Source: a virus (Duplodnaviria > Caudoviricetes). Taken from it: a stretch of 43,483 bases of DNA. Below the pieces are notes generated by a model. The model did no database searches. It saw only the letters and a program-made list of their open reading frames with translations, and was not told where the DNA came from. The stretch is taken from the IMG/VR virus record IMGVR_UViG_3300010376_000063, positions 1-43,483 of that record, one strand, 5' to 3'. The translations under genes and the position numbers were made by a program. The stretch's first letter is position 1. Every line of letters begins with the position of its first letter. Shown here piece after piece: positions 34,701 to 42,857 of this stretch.

Positions 34701-34894
34701 TTAGACCGATAAGCTCGGCTAGCCGTATCGTAATTAGAGTAGATATACTTCGCTGCATCCTGATCGCCATCCGCCATGTTTAGCGAATGGACGCCTTTGT
34801 CCTTATCAGCATCAAGGCCAGAGATGACCTTCTGCTGAGCCTGTCCAGCCTCGATCTCCTTCCAGAGGTCATAGTCAGTCTTGAACTGAGCCAT
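28718..34894 (-). CDS. Large internal virion/ejection protein (T7 gp16-like position)
   Basis: 2058 aa; Gly/Ala hydrophobic segments; AHEAFH motif; last of the internal virion genes. Confidence 0.8.
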   Translation of the reverse strand: MAQFKTDYDLWKEIEAGQAQQKVISGLDADKDKGVHSLNMADGDQDAAKYIYSNYDTASRAYRSNLAQDVVAGDPLLQAYFNKNPMASIVSRDDVSRLSEYSEKLNLLDDVFATPAAVKAAKDLYDAFKLDPWGAASAGTRAGLHAVLPTAAGVATIPAGVAAGGAVGALGGPLAPVTVPVGAFVGALAAALAAGAAVQYGQTKLLEATFPDELERLEEARKEHPWATALAEVAPSLAFFSPGSLASTSLKLRGGLAGVGLGIEAVNQLMSNDELDPGHLLIATGAGFLLAGEPTRYGSALMSPMQKWANAFTTSAFLIRHTKDGEVPPLGVNPVWDKFVADNVKADMDVYDEAMDAAHKTETKELTPKMFSDLTGMKIDSQIGLKREAIIKLYGDKRPEPGDGLLGDIPGFPEQWDAILRGREPRVDFKDWVTVDKEIADQLHDDVRVRPDDSMTINESKEVPDPEKIWDLADETLDARFEDEQMLRDQRKAAGLDSVMEARTPKQLTLEDVGPAYPGDVEPHRARTFVMKDEYGKEVGSIQATMTPSKSLYISWIAGSGVAPKNMFGPTLIRGVLDQLKAMFPEMTHIEGHRISGAREKAGVEGPQALVKIDIDVLRAELDGKPTPAGEEAEIQKFVDMAQSGEYVDWGKGVQARTAPKTWGPVEIAFAKKLEDYLAKIIPQGGVRLIHARDVISGGRQVRGVHVNFGDRTPLILYSINYRDPMGSVAHEAFHFLLRQGFITEKEWFSLLNKAIEGNWIEKHKIDVRYKDAPPMVQAEEAIVHEFESWKRGREAPPEVTGIFGKLKQFFDGLRDLIDQHWGKRVQPDDIFQKVEAGTVGRRKPVRMEGRYYPPETKFKAEARFQDEVIPELGREPLTFEPGVLLAKRNYQKLLDAINRKNQKDVRTRLGNEQRKLERQLLPGWQKEAAELYVPVREDIEARPDFKAFKFMTQGIFQGNDMGGIPKIDPRSLTDVQKRMIPKHWQSEGGFRIDDIATTFGFRTNDEFASAMVDFRKVKGNKPYEKFLDELTRNVVKEKMEAKYGDMDKLTADEARRKVVGLEERDLVWSEYQVLADRTGQTIPYDREAVQAMAREEVAAGNTKQKLIDVTRDLGRAGRETHQAWQRGDHLAAFHARQKTVHLLAVAEETKRWEARKKADVRILERFSKAEVKGIDPEFQDWAHWLLQEAGVPIDRDPAHLAETMDRPERVYKTFADWVNSKNIPIDPAKPINVGLPIGYDEYGTTYNPNFPVWQFLLQPSFEFKLGTANVRDWKNFTNAIRVIAKVGQETGKDLVNIRDKDYKIADVVNELSVGLMRSDEVSQPRSKHDMKTRQIFRRMDAALTQVETFLDRLVGYDPTSAWHRLFYYPVSEADHDWQRMRRELAPKLREALKTPGGKLWYQQKVMNDTIRHPMHMLRDENGNPRIPFKDQDLLDLTNEDIVGLILHSGSPDSELHTANGYGLSIPDFRNYMLRVATPEHYRIAKNVAKLYEHVQGLEDNMSMKRTGAILEKLYPQMTWTAQGPQMGWYYPRQRDTYLDAGNRQITQDKAINVRPRLDHGWGEQRTGEIYPVKTKFGDGIGDDLNRRLRFVAFRPVLDIYNKVLAHPDISRLIQLRWGQQWNTMLERYFTDLSGMHGSTAKNDSWATHWFNQFSNNLVTDYIGFNFKTWEKHAPQSIYQSIKEVGGWNFVKAAFDLYKTNTYTMESNHKFMMEGGMIGNKEWHGAGEIQVRNEHWRTSLSAAADEELGRLTWLRKNVNNAAYWGAKHIAFVDTLMSKITWWARYREQMTKLSREYTEGKSLTPAEFNQAIWEAHQLASDLSSRSVRATHGSTAISGKPALLRSSNPMVQTVTRANNFMNNAMNRRFRSLGMAKDMLTGKSNRPLFKDMTTIGRDFFTYVVLPTLLEDLAEPICHEDEEWSTCAPKYLVQAVAAPIPIVRDFVHAFITGTPPTVGLTFGAMNFASRMFKDAEKTWEDETQFGSLVKNAMGLSGAILGYPGSVPGRWAEYMIKLYQGEEEKPDSLEEWERVATKGRTQKSRHEEDRESFLHRLYRGAVP

Positions 34895-36720
34895 TAGCGG
34901 AACTTCGGATTCTTAACCTCTTCTTCTTGGAGCTTCTTCCTAATGTAGGTCCTGCCCCAAGCATGCTCTATTTCGGCCTTACCAGCGTTAGGATGATCTC
35001 TCATATACTTCTCTTCAAAATCTTTCGGGGGCTTAGTCCCAACCTTGTACCTCTCTTGGGCAGAGGAAATCCAACCTGCTGTATCAGGGTCCTTGTTCAA
35101 AGCATTGTTTAACATCTGGCGATAATCATCAGGCTTAGGAAACTGCTTTGGGTGAGCCTCATGCCATTCAGCAAGCTCAGAGGATAGGAATGACTTAAAC
35201 CTGCGCCTCTGCTCAGGATTGTTCTGCAAGGTCCTATTAACGGTTCCTTCCTGCACACCGAAGTTCCAAGCTCGACCGACACGGCTGTCAGCTTCAGCCA
35301 TGATGCCCTGCTTCATTATTCCCAACCAGCGTTCAAATAGCCTGTCCCTAAAAGCCTCAGGTATCTCGAGCCGGTCTATGAAGCCAGGTTCGGCATTCAT
35401 CTTGTCGATTACCCTTTGTGGGTCCTCAATCATGGCACCTTCCCAGTCCCGAAAGATGGCCTTAGTTTCAGGGTTATCGGGGAAGTTACCTCTAGCATTG
35501 CGGTCCAGGGATTCCAATATCTGATTCTTTTGTGCTGCGTTTAGCAGACCCCATTGCTCAGCTACTCCAGGGACAGCTAGAAGCTCCTTATCGTTTGTCG
35601 GCTTCTTCTTGTTCTGAACCTCAGCGAGGCCATGGGTAGCTTCGTTAACTGTATTATAAGCCTTACGGTTAAGCTCAGCTTGCTCGGCTGTGTAAACCGC
35701 ATGCTCGCTCTTGGTTCTAGCAATGACTTTCTTTCTAAGCTCAAGGTCATCGCCACGGCCAATCCTTTGCAGTTCCTCTAGTGCGAGCTTCTCCTTTGTA
35801 TCCATCGGTGCGTCACGGTCTTGGTTGGCCTTATTAGATATAGCATCAGCTATTTGAGTATCCGCTTTCTCTTTAACCTGCATATAGGCGTTTCTATAAA
35901 GACCCTCGTCGACCGCATCCATTGCGTCCCTATTCTCATTAAGGAACTTTAAGGCTGCGGTTGGGTCTTTCTCAGCCATAACCAAGGCCCTAGTTGCGAC
36001 GGCCTTAGTAGCCCAGATTTGATAAGTTCGCTCAACCTGATCGTCATTGAAGCCATGGAGGTATCTCTTCTCATCTTCAATTATCTTTCTGCCTTCCTCT
36101 AAGGCTGACCGAGCATCTGCATCTTCGGTGGCCTTAGCAACACGGTTAGCCACAAGACCAAGCTTAGCCTCTACAGCGGACTTAGCTTGGTTCTTTACCT
36201 CTGTCGCTGAATGAGCCGAGGCTGTCCTGGCTGAGTTAATGAATGGCCTTGTGGTTAGCTGGTCAAATGCCTTCTTCTCATAAGCCGACATTCCCTCCTT
36301 CATCTTCTGTCGGCGGGCTTCATCGGCTTGTAGCTTAGCCGTAAGAGCATCACCGTTGGCTTGCTCTCCTGACTTACTACCGAATTCGGTGTCGGACTTA
36401 GTTTGGTCTAGCTCCCAGGCTATAGCCGCATTGTTGACCTTAGTCTCAACTTCTAGCTGCTTTAGCCCTTCGGCTCGAGTGAACATCTCATTGCCAGCGC
36501 CCATAAAGGTCTGGCCAAGAGAATGTATCGACTCCCCTAGGGTCCGCATACTAGCGCCAAGGACGCCAGTAGCTCTACCTATTTCCTGTCCTGCTTCCTC
36601 AAAGCCTCGGCTTAGCCGAACCTGCGGGAAGTCAAGACGGTATTCGGGAATAGCCGCTGTTCGCCGAGCTTCCTCTGGCGTTACAGTAGGCGCACCCGTA
36701 TATTTGATGTTCTCAGGCAT
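34894..36720 (-). CDS. Internal virion protein (gp15-like position)
   Basis: 608-aa helical protein in the ejection gene cluster. Confidence 0.7.
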   Translation of the reverse strand: MPENIKYTGAPTVTPEEARRTAAIPEYRLDFPQVRLSRGFEEAGQEIGRATGVLGASMRTLGESIHSLGQTFMGAGNEMFTRAEGLKQLEVETKVNNAAIAWELDQTKSDTEFGSKSGEQANGDALTAKLQADEARRQKMKEGMSAYEKKAFDQLTTRPFINSARTASAHSATEVKNQAKSAVEAKLGLVANRVAKATEDADARSALEEGRKIIEDEKRYLHGFNDDQVERTYQIWATKAVATRALVMAEKDPTAALKFLNENRDAMDAVDEGLYRNAYMQVKEKADTQIADAISNKANQDRDAPMDTKEKLALEELQRIGRGDDLELRKKVIARTKSEHAVYTAEQAELNRKAYNTVNEATHGLAEVQNKKKPTNDKELLAVPGVAEQWGLLNAAQKNQILESLDRNARGNFPDNPETKAIFRDWEGAMIEDPQRVIDKMNAEPGFIDRLEIPEAFRDRLFERWLGIMKQGIMAEADSRVGRAWNFGVQEGTVNRTLQNNPEQRRRFKSFLSSELAEWHEAHPKQFPKPDDYRQMLNNALNKDPDTAGWISSAQERYKVGTKPPKDFEEKYMRDHPNAGKAEIEHAWGRTYIRKKLQEEEVKNPKFR

Positions 36721-37417
36721 TGTACTTCTGTGAGTAGTCGGACCACTTAGTTGCTACAGATGCACCGGCACCGACAAGCGAGCCTATGGCTCCGATTGTC
36801 CCTGACGTTCCGGCTAAGTTGTAAGCTGTCTGCTGTAACGGAAGGGCTTCCATCGTTAGCCCTGCCGCAGTTCTAGTATCCGCAGCTTGGCTAGTATTCA
36901 TCGCAGCGGCATATGTATGAAGCTCAGCTTGCGCCGTGTCCTGCATTGCCTCAACATCGAACGCATAAGCCTTGCGTGCGCCATCAGCTCGGATCGTGGC
37001 CGCATCGTAATTCCCAAGCTCGATCATGCTTTCTCTGGTAGCCGTACTCGACCCTGAATTCACAGCGATTCCGCTAGCGCCTTGGGCGGCCTTAGCTGCC
37101 CCTTCTTGATACCGATCCGCCATCTCGGCTTGCTCGACCTTACGATCGGCGGTGTCACGTTCGTAGTTAGCGTTAAGCGAAGCCGTGTTGGCATTGATCT
37201 TATCTATGTTGGCTTGGTAATTAGCCACCATAGCTGAATAATCGTATTGCTTAGCCTCGACTTGTAAGCCGAATGCTTTAGACATCGTTTGCAGCATGGA
37301 GCCCATGATCGAAGTCTGGGCACCTGCGGCCTCAGTCATCTTGCCCATGGCGCCAGTGACGCCACCGATGGCCTGACCAGCCAGGCCAATCGCCAACATT
37401 GAGCCAGGATCAGCCAT
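36713..37417 (-). CDS. Internal virion protein (gp14-like)
   Basis: Ala/Gly/Gln-rich; AAQGASGI...SGS motif. Confidence 0.75.
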   Translation of the reverse strand: MADPGSMLAIGLAGQAIGGVTGAMGKMTEAAGAQTSIMGSMLQTMSKAFGLQVEAKQYDYSAMVANYQANIDKINANTASLNANYERDTADRKVEQAEMADRYQEGAAKAAQGASGIAVNSGSSTATRESMIELGNYDAATIRADGARKAYAFDVEAMQDTAQAELHTYAAAMNTSQAADTRTAAGLTMEALPLQQTAYNLAGTSGTIGAIGSLVGAGASVATKWSDYSQKYNA

Positions 37418-37832
37418 TGCGAGTTATCCTAAATGGAACACCCTTAGCCTCAGGTTCGCCGAACTTAGCCCCAAGCCATTTAAGCCAACGGACGGCCTTA
37501 CTGTCACCTTTGCCAAACATCACGTGGCCGACAACGGATTTATATCGCTTAAGGATTTCCTCCATCATCAGCTGAGAGTGCCTAACTAAGATAAAGCTAT
37601 GGCCCTGAATGACGCTAGTGGTATAAAGCCACAGGTAAGCTTGATTGCTCAGCAATGTTGGCGGGATCAGGCCCCAGATACATGCAAGCTCCCCATCGAT
37701 AAAACCAACCCAGATGACTGAACTCATACTAAAGCAATACTCCATTGCCCAGACTTCTTCCTCTGTAAGGGTCAAGCACCTGATAACGTTCCTGGCCTGA
37801 ACATCAGTGACTTGCTGGATGATCGTACTCAT
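37410..37832 (-). CDS. Internal virion protein A-like, GNAT fold (gp13-like)
   Basis: DGELACIWG, YLWL and AVRWLKWLGAKF; follows tail tubular B. Confidence 0.75.
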   Translation of the reverse strand: MSTIIQQVTDVQARNVIRCLTLTEEEVWAMEYCFSMSSVIWVGFIDGELACIWGLIPPTLLSNQAYLWLYTTSVIQGHSFILVRHSQLMMEEILKRYKSVVGHVMFGKGDSKAVRWLKWLGAKFGEPEAKGVPFRITRNG

Positions 37833-40438
37833 TTGACTGTGTCCCCTATCACGACCTCAGGGATGACACCCAGGACCGTAGAAGGCAATGGATCATCAAC
37901 TTGCAAACATATCTGCCCAGGCACGTCCCATAACGGGTCCATGATGATACGTTCATCTGCTGTGATTAACGGCTGTGCTAAGCCCATAGCTGTAGTTCGG
38001 TTTAGCTCCTTTATTGGGACTAGAAAGTTAAACGTGCGCCCAGCCTTAAGCCCACGAGAATCTTTAACTCGAACTGTAAGCGCACCGACTTTCTTACGCT
38101 TACCTTGAATTGTATTTGTCTCTTGGCCTAAGTCGAGTGGCATCGTCTGTAGCTGACACTGGTACGGTAAGCCTATCACAATCTTCGATGCTGGCTGAGG
38201 TAGCGTGATGGTACCGCCCGATACCGTCAACCCGTTAACCACGCCACCGTCAGCCAGCACCGAGACTTGCGCTCCTTCGAGATGGTTCAACCCATGCAGG
38301 ACCTGCAATGGTGGATCAATTGACCATGCACCTGGAGGCGCAATAGACACTCGACCTAAAGGATCATCAGGTAGCATGTTTGTAATCGGCTGAATGATTA
38401 CGCCAAAGCAATGGGTATTGTCTGGGATGTTATTTATTAGGGCCTTACCACCACCCATACGCAGTATGTCACCAATGTTCGTACCACTAAAGGCCGGAGC
38501 ATCGGCCTCAAACTCAACGTTACCCGCAGAGTCGATAACCGCACTTAAGGCCGCATCTGGCATATTCGGTGAGGTCGCTATTCCGGCATCGACACTAAAC
38601 GCATCCTCTGCACCAAAGTCGAATGTCCGCTCATGTAGCCTTTCAATTTGCTGTACAGTCGCAAAGGGCCCACCAGGAGGATATGGACGCTCAACCACAA
38701 AGTAAGTAGCGTCAACCGGACCCTCAGTGATAGTGCAAACGGACCGAAAATAACCTTGCGTATCATGGCGAGCCCACCCGTACATTTCCTGTTCTTTAAT
38801 CAAGGTTAGGCTTAAGAGAGCCCCATCCTCCCGAACAGCCCAGATGATCTTGAAGGGCTCTTCGGCATAAGCCCATTCGACAATCTGATGGCCGTAGAAC
38901 AAGTGGTTAGACATAATCGAGACGTCATTACCGGTGTAAATGTTAGCATAGATGTTATACGTTAAGTCCCGAATGATCGATCCTTTCTGCTGAACGTACA
39001 TGATGTCATAGTTAACCAATATCGGTGGGATGTCGTTAGCCCCAACATAAGCCTGTGGAGTGGCAACCAGGGACTGAGGGGTGACAGGGCCGCCCTGTGT
39101 CGCCACCCCACCTGCACCACCTGATACCTGCCATGCTCCCTTAGTAGTGAGCATAATCAAGCCTGATGGCATGGGTATCATCGACTTGATCTCGTTAACC
39201 TCAAGGCTAACTAGACGGGCATCAAGCGAATCGTCAGCTTGGGCTGGATTGGAGGTGTCGAAGTTAAAGTCAACCCCAGGCTTAGAGGCCCAGAATCGAT
39301 CAAGGTCATTACCGCCGCCGTTAGCGAAGAACAGCCTTTGCTGAAAGTAAGCTGATACGGCCGGAAAGGTCCCAACAAATGGGTTCCCATGTATCGGCGG
39401 CTGTGTCTGGAAATCAGGACTGGTGTTAGCGTCAATGAAATCTGTCCCAGTCGTTGTGCCAATGTACCCAACCATTGTATCTTCCGGTACACTGGCGTTA
39501 ATATTCGGACTTGAGGCATAGACATTGTATGACTGCGCCCCAGGCTTAGCAGTCCAAGTAAGGTGAACCGACCCTGATGTGTGAGTTGTCGGGTCGATGA
39601 CCCTCATATCGACGATCCCATCGACATGGATACCGTTAGCTGGGCCTGACTCCTGGCCATTGGCGTCGACTGACGTTACTTTATACATGTAATTAGCTGG
39701 GCCAGTGGCCGAGCCTGTCCCAGTTCCACCTGTTGGCGCTGTTATGGTCGCACCAAAGACATCTGGCGTTAGGGTCCAGTTAGTCGCCGTGTGCAGCACC
39801 AGATTGTACGGTGGATGACTGGGATGTGTGATATTTAACTGACTAGCCTTTTGGGAGAACTTAAGCATATGCAATTCATCAGAGCTATACGGAGTTGGAA
39901 TCTCGTAAACCCTATGAAGCGTTCCGCCACCGCCACCTCCAGGTGAGCTTATAGGCGTGCCATCAAACGGGTCAATGATAGTAACGTTAGCTCCGCTTAC
40001 AGCCTGGACTATATAGTACCTATTGTTCAACTGTGGCACTGAAGTCCCATCAATGAATACCATGTTCCCAGGAACGACATCAGTGCCAGGAGCGTTGATT
40101 ACCGTTGACGAGCCACCAGCGACACCAGCGATACCAACGTCGCCGGTTACCACTGAGCCACCGTTAGAGACGAACCTTAAGAGATTATTACTAAACTCAA
40201 GAGCGTAAGTTACATCTACTGACTGCTGAAATCGAACCACCCGTACTGGTCCCTGTCCCTGTAAGCAGGGTCTAATGAACTCAGTCCCTGGACGTGTGCT
40301 AGCGCCTGATCTATAATCGACAAAGAAGTTGCGCATACGTGCAGCGCCAGTATGGTACTTCTGCACATCCACACGAGCGAACAAGCTTGGAGATAGCTCG
40401 CCGCCAGCAAATGAGGCTTGAATAACATTTTCGCTCAT
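37829..40438 (-). CDS. Tail tubular protein B / nozzle (gp12-like)
   Basis: QASFAGGELSP.L..RVD, G...RPGT, FQQRL, WARH.T.G and IGLPY motifs. Confidence 0.92.
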   Translation of the reverse strand: MSENVIQASFAGGELSPSLFARVDVQKYHTGAARMRNFFVDYRSGASTRPGTEFIRPCLQGQGPVRVVRFQQSVDVTYALEFSNNLLRFVSNGGSVVTGDVGIAGVAGGSSTVINAPGTDVVPGNMVFIDGTSVPQLNNRYYIVQAVSGANVTIIDPFDGTPISSPGGGGGGTLHRVYEIPTPYSSDELHMLKFSQKASQLNITHPSHPPYNLVLHTATNWTLTPDVFGATITAPTGGTGTGSATGPANYMYKVTSVDANGQESGPANGIHVDGIVDMRVIDPTTHTSGSVHLTWTAKPGAQSYNVYASSPNINASVPEDTMVGYIGTTTGTDFIDANTSPDFQTQPPIHGNPFVGTFPAVSAYFQQRLFFANGGGNDLDRFWASKPGVDFNFDTSNPAQADDSLDARLVSLEVNEIKSMIPMPSGLIMLTTKGAWQVSGGAGGVATQGGPVTPQSLVATPQAYVGANDIPPILVNYDIMYVQQKGSIIRDLTYNIYANIYTGNDVSIMSNHLFYGHQIVEWAYAEEPFKIIWAVREDGALLSLTLIKEQEMYGWARHDTQGYFRSVCTITEGPVDATYFVVERPYPPGGPFATVQQIERLHERTFDFGAEDAFSVDAGIATSPNMPDAALSAVIDSAGNVEFEADAPAFSGTNIGDILRMGGGKALINNIPDNTHCFGVIIQPITNMLPDDPLGRVSIAPPGAWSIDPPLQVLHGLNHLEGAQVSVLADGGVVNGLTVSGGTITLPQPASKIVIGLPYQCQLQTMPLDLGQETNTIQGKRKKVGALTVRVKDSRGLKAGRTFNFLVPIKELNRTTAMGLAQPLITADERIIMDPLWDVPGQICLQVDDPLPSTVLGVIPEVVIGDTVK

Positions 40439-41259
40439 CAGTAGTACATTGTCAGCATTGGACCCCAGTCAAACATGATGTTCGGGCTGAACTCCCATGC
40501 TTGATAGCTTATTCCTCTGGTCCTGATCCAGTCAGGCGTAACGTCATTGATTGTGAGCCCTTCGTTACCGTCGCCTTGTCTAGCCTGGGTGATGAACTGG
40601 TTGGCTTCGTTAAGCTTGATTTGTGCAAGGCCCTTATCCCCCGTAAGTGCGATAGTAAGCCGGGCCCCCAATGCAGCGACAAGGGCCTGCCGAAACTGAT
40701 CGTCCCAGACATCGGGGTTCGGCACTCGCTTGATGTAGCAGAGGATGGCTTGTTCTTGGTTCGTGAGAATAATCTTCGTATCCAGGCCCACTGGCGGGGC
40801 TGCTGGCTTACCGCTGCCTGGGTCAATCTGATCGATACCCACCTGGAACCGAACAGGAGGTCCATTCCAAAAGGCTGGCGCTCCACCCGTGACTGCTGTA
40901 GTAATTGGAACCCCTGAGGTGAAGCCCGTAGTAAACTGAGGTACAATGTATATCGGCCTAAGGCAATCCGACGGATAGGCATATTCGTAACTCCATGGCG
41001 GGGCAGGCAGGCCCTTAGACCATAGATTCTGCCCTGGGTTTGGGTTCTCTGGCGTCCCTGGCGCAGAGGTAATCAGCGACAGCAGATTGAAGTTCCTTGC
41101 GCAGTTCCAAGGAGCTAGCCTTAACAGCTCATCTCGAAGTGGCTCCAACAAGAGCTTACACTGAATGCTCTCGTTGGAGCCCTCATCGAGCGATGCTATC
41201 TGAGACCGTGTACCGATGGCAGATAGCGCTCGATTAGCGATGTCGACCTCAGCGGTCAT
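40438..41259 (-). CDS. Tail tubular protein A / adaptor (gp11-like)
   Basis: VDIANRALSAIG, LR..PWN.A, Y.YP.DCLR and F..AL...L motifs. Confidence 0.9.
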   Translation of the reverse strand: MTAEVDIANRALSAIGTRSQIASLDEGSNESIQCKLLLEPLRDELLRLAPWNCARNFNLLSLITSAPGTPENPNPGQNLWSKGLPAPPWSYEYAYPSDCLRPIYIVPQFTTGFTSGVPITTAVTGGAPAFWNGPPVRFQVGIDQIDPGSGKPAAPPVGLDTKIILTNQEQAILCYIKRVPNPDVWDDQFRQALVAALGARLTIALTGDKGLAQIKLNEANQFITQARQGDGNEGLTINDVTPDWIRTRGISYQAWEFSPNIMFDWGPMLTMYY

Positions 41260-41459
41260 CTGACACCTTCATCTGGCCCTACTGTCGTCGCAGCCCTTGA
41301 GGCCCACATAAAGCCCATCTCGTAGTAGTTCTGGGCTTGCATCCATCGCCGGTTCATCTCGCTGTTAGGCGGGGCTTCTTGACTGTGGTTGTCGAAGCAG
41401 AGTTGGATTAGCTCATCCGTTTTCTGCTTCAACTCTACTACCAGTTCCTCGGGGGTCAT
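41256..41459 (-). CDS. Acb2/Tad1-like helical hairpin protein (copy 2)
   Basis: V.ELK....ELI.L...E..R.W..A...YEMGFMWASRA. Confidence 0.5.
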   Translation of the reverse strand: MTPEELVVELKQKTDELIQLCFDNHSQEAPPNSEMNRRWMQAQNYYEMGFMWASRAATTVGPDEGVR

Positions 41460-41695
41460 CAGTCCCTCCAGGTTATGGCCTTAACTGCCCACATTTGGGC
41501 ACCTTGAGCTTCAGTGATGGCGACAGAGAACAGCCGCTTGGTTTCTGGACTTTGAACCAATTGGCGACCATCATTGCATATGTCGATGATCTGAGCGTAC
41601 AGACCCTTCACCATATTGACCATAGGGTCGCCGCTCGGATTGAACGTCAGACCCACGGCCTTTTGGCCATAGGTCAGCTCCTTGTCATCACTCAT
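41459..41695 (-). CDS. Acb2/Tad1-like helical hairpin protein (copy 1)
   Basis: VGLTFNPSG...V...K...A.IID...E.KR..SVAIT..Q.AQMWAVKAITW. Confidence 0.65.
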   Translation of the reverse strand: MSDDKELTYGQKAVGLTFNPSGDPMVNMVKGLYAQIIDICNDGRQLVQSPETKRLFSVAITEAQGAQMWAVKAITWRD

Positions 41696-41952
41696 CGCTG
41701 AGAGCCCTTATTGCCATGATTAGTGCCGCCAATGCCAGGATGGCCGCTACCACGCCCAGCTGTTGGGCATCTGGCCATTCCGTGACTATCACCATGAAGG
41801 CCAGGAGACTTAGGGTCGTTGATATTGCTTGGCCCAACAGGCGCATGGTAGTTGTGGATTGGTTCGGCGTGCTTAACCCCGCCCGAGGTAGCTCGTGGAG
41901 CTTGAGGATGGGGGATGTCCTTGCCGTATTCCGAAAGAATATCTCTAGGCAT
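41692..41952 (-). CDS. Gly/Pro/His-rich hypothetical protein
   Basis: MPRDILSEYG...; SD AAGGAG; ATGA coupling. Confidence 0.6.
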   Translation of the reverse strand: MPRDILSEYGKDIPHPQAPRATSGGVKHAEPIHNYHAPVGPSNINDPKSPGLHGDSHGMARCPTAGRGSGHPGIGGTNHGNKGSQR

Positions 41953-42220
41953 ACTTCTTCTCCTTCTGCTTCTCTTCCTCTTTCCGCTTGCGATCCTCTT
42001 CGTCAGCCTTCTGGATCGCCTCAAGCCGCTTCTTTTCCTCTTCGGCTTGATCGGGATACAACTCTTCCCATAGTTCGCGATCGATGGCCTTAAGCTGCAT
42101 CACAGCAGATGCCTTAACCGACGGATAGTCGCTTGAGCCGCCGAGTTGTTCCAAGATAGTAAGCAGCTGCTCAACCTTATCCGCATCGAACTCTGGTACC
42201 TTATCTTCATCTTTAGCCAT
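41945..42220 (-). CDS. Hypothetical acidic/charged protein
   Basis: SD AAGGAGG before MAKDEDK. Confidence 0.7.
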   Translation of the reverse strand: MAKDEDKVPEFDADKVEQLLTILEQLGGSSDYPSVKASAVMQLKAIDRELWEELYPDQAEEEKKRLEAIQKADEEDRKRKEEEKQKEKKYA

Positions 42221-42230
42221 TGTGGCCTCC

Positions 42231-42458
42231 TTACTTGTGCTTGCCTTGGGAGCCGGAGGGATGGATAGTGCGTCCACCGCCCGGCCCGAGGGCAGGACGG
42301 CTTGAGTGTGTCGGGTTGAACCCTGGTCCGTCATTGATATCCTCCTTGCGGTATTGTCTAGCGAGGCCGAGGTCAGCCACGCCTTCTAAATCCGACTTGG
42401 TGCTGTGAGGTTCGGTTTTCCAACCCTCCCTCCTCGTCGGGGCTCTTCCTTGTTTCAT
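42231..42458 (-). CDS. Hypothetical protein
   Basis: SD GAGGAG; ends GGGRTIHPSGSQGKHK. Confidence 0.65.
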   Translation of the reverse strand: MKQGRAPTRREGWKTEPHSTKSDLEGVADLGLARQYRKEDINDGPGFNPTHSSRPALGPGGGRTIHPSGSQGKHK

Positions 42459-42714
42459 GTCTCTCTCCTCTTCTAAACTTGCCACCTTGGCCTTGCTCGA
42501 TGTCAAGTTGTTTCAACAGATGGCCCTGCGCACGGTCCATCTCGCCTTTAGTCCACACTGGCGGTTGCTGCCCCAAGCTTTCATAAAAAGCTCGGATGTA
42601 GATCAGATTGTGCAGATGAAACGCCAGCATGAATATCTTTGGCGGAACCAGATCAGTGATCGGTTCCGGATCGTTAGGATCGACGTTGTACAGTTCGTCT
42701 ATCAGGTCTTTCAT
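42373..42714 (-). CDS. Hypothetical protein
   Basis: ATGA coupling with the upstream 48-aa gene. Confidence 0.6.
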   Translation of the reverse strand: MKDLIDELYNVDPNDPEPITDLVPPKIFMLAFHLHNLIYIRAFYESLGQQPPVWTKGEMDRAQGHLLKQLDIEQGQGGKFRRGERHETRKSPDEEGGLENRTSQHQVGFRRRG

Positions 42715-42857
42715 TTGGATTTCTTCTTCTTCAAGATACCAGTTTTCTTATCCGCAGCGTGGAATTCCTTTCCCACTGAGGGCGGAATTCCGATGTTGCC
42801 TTTTCCCTTAGCAGCAAGCATCATGGCAACGGCTTGCTTACGGGTGTCGCTAGGCAT
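42711..42857 (-). CDS. 48-aa conserved small phage protein (absent from ORF track)
   Basis: MPSDTRKQAVAMMLAAKGKGNIGIPPSVGKEFHAADKK; SD GGAGG; TAATG coupling. Confidence 0.75.
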   Translation of the reverse strand: MPSDTRKQAVAMMLAAKGKGNIGIPPSVGKEFHAADKKTGILKKKKSK

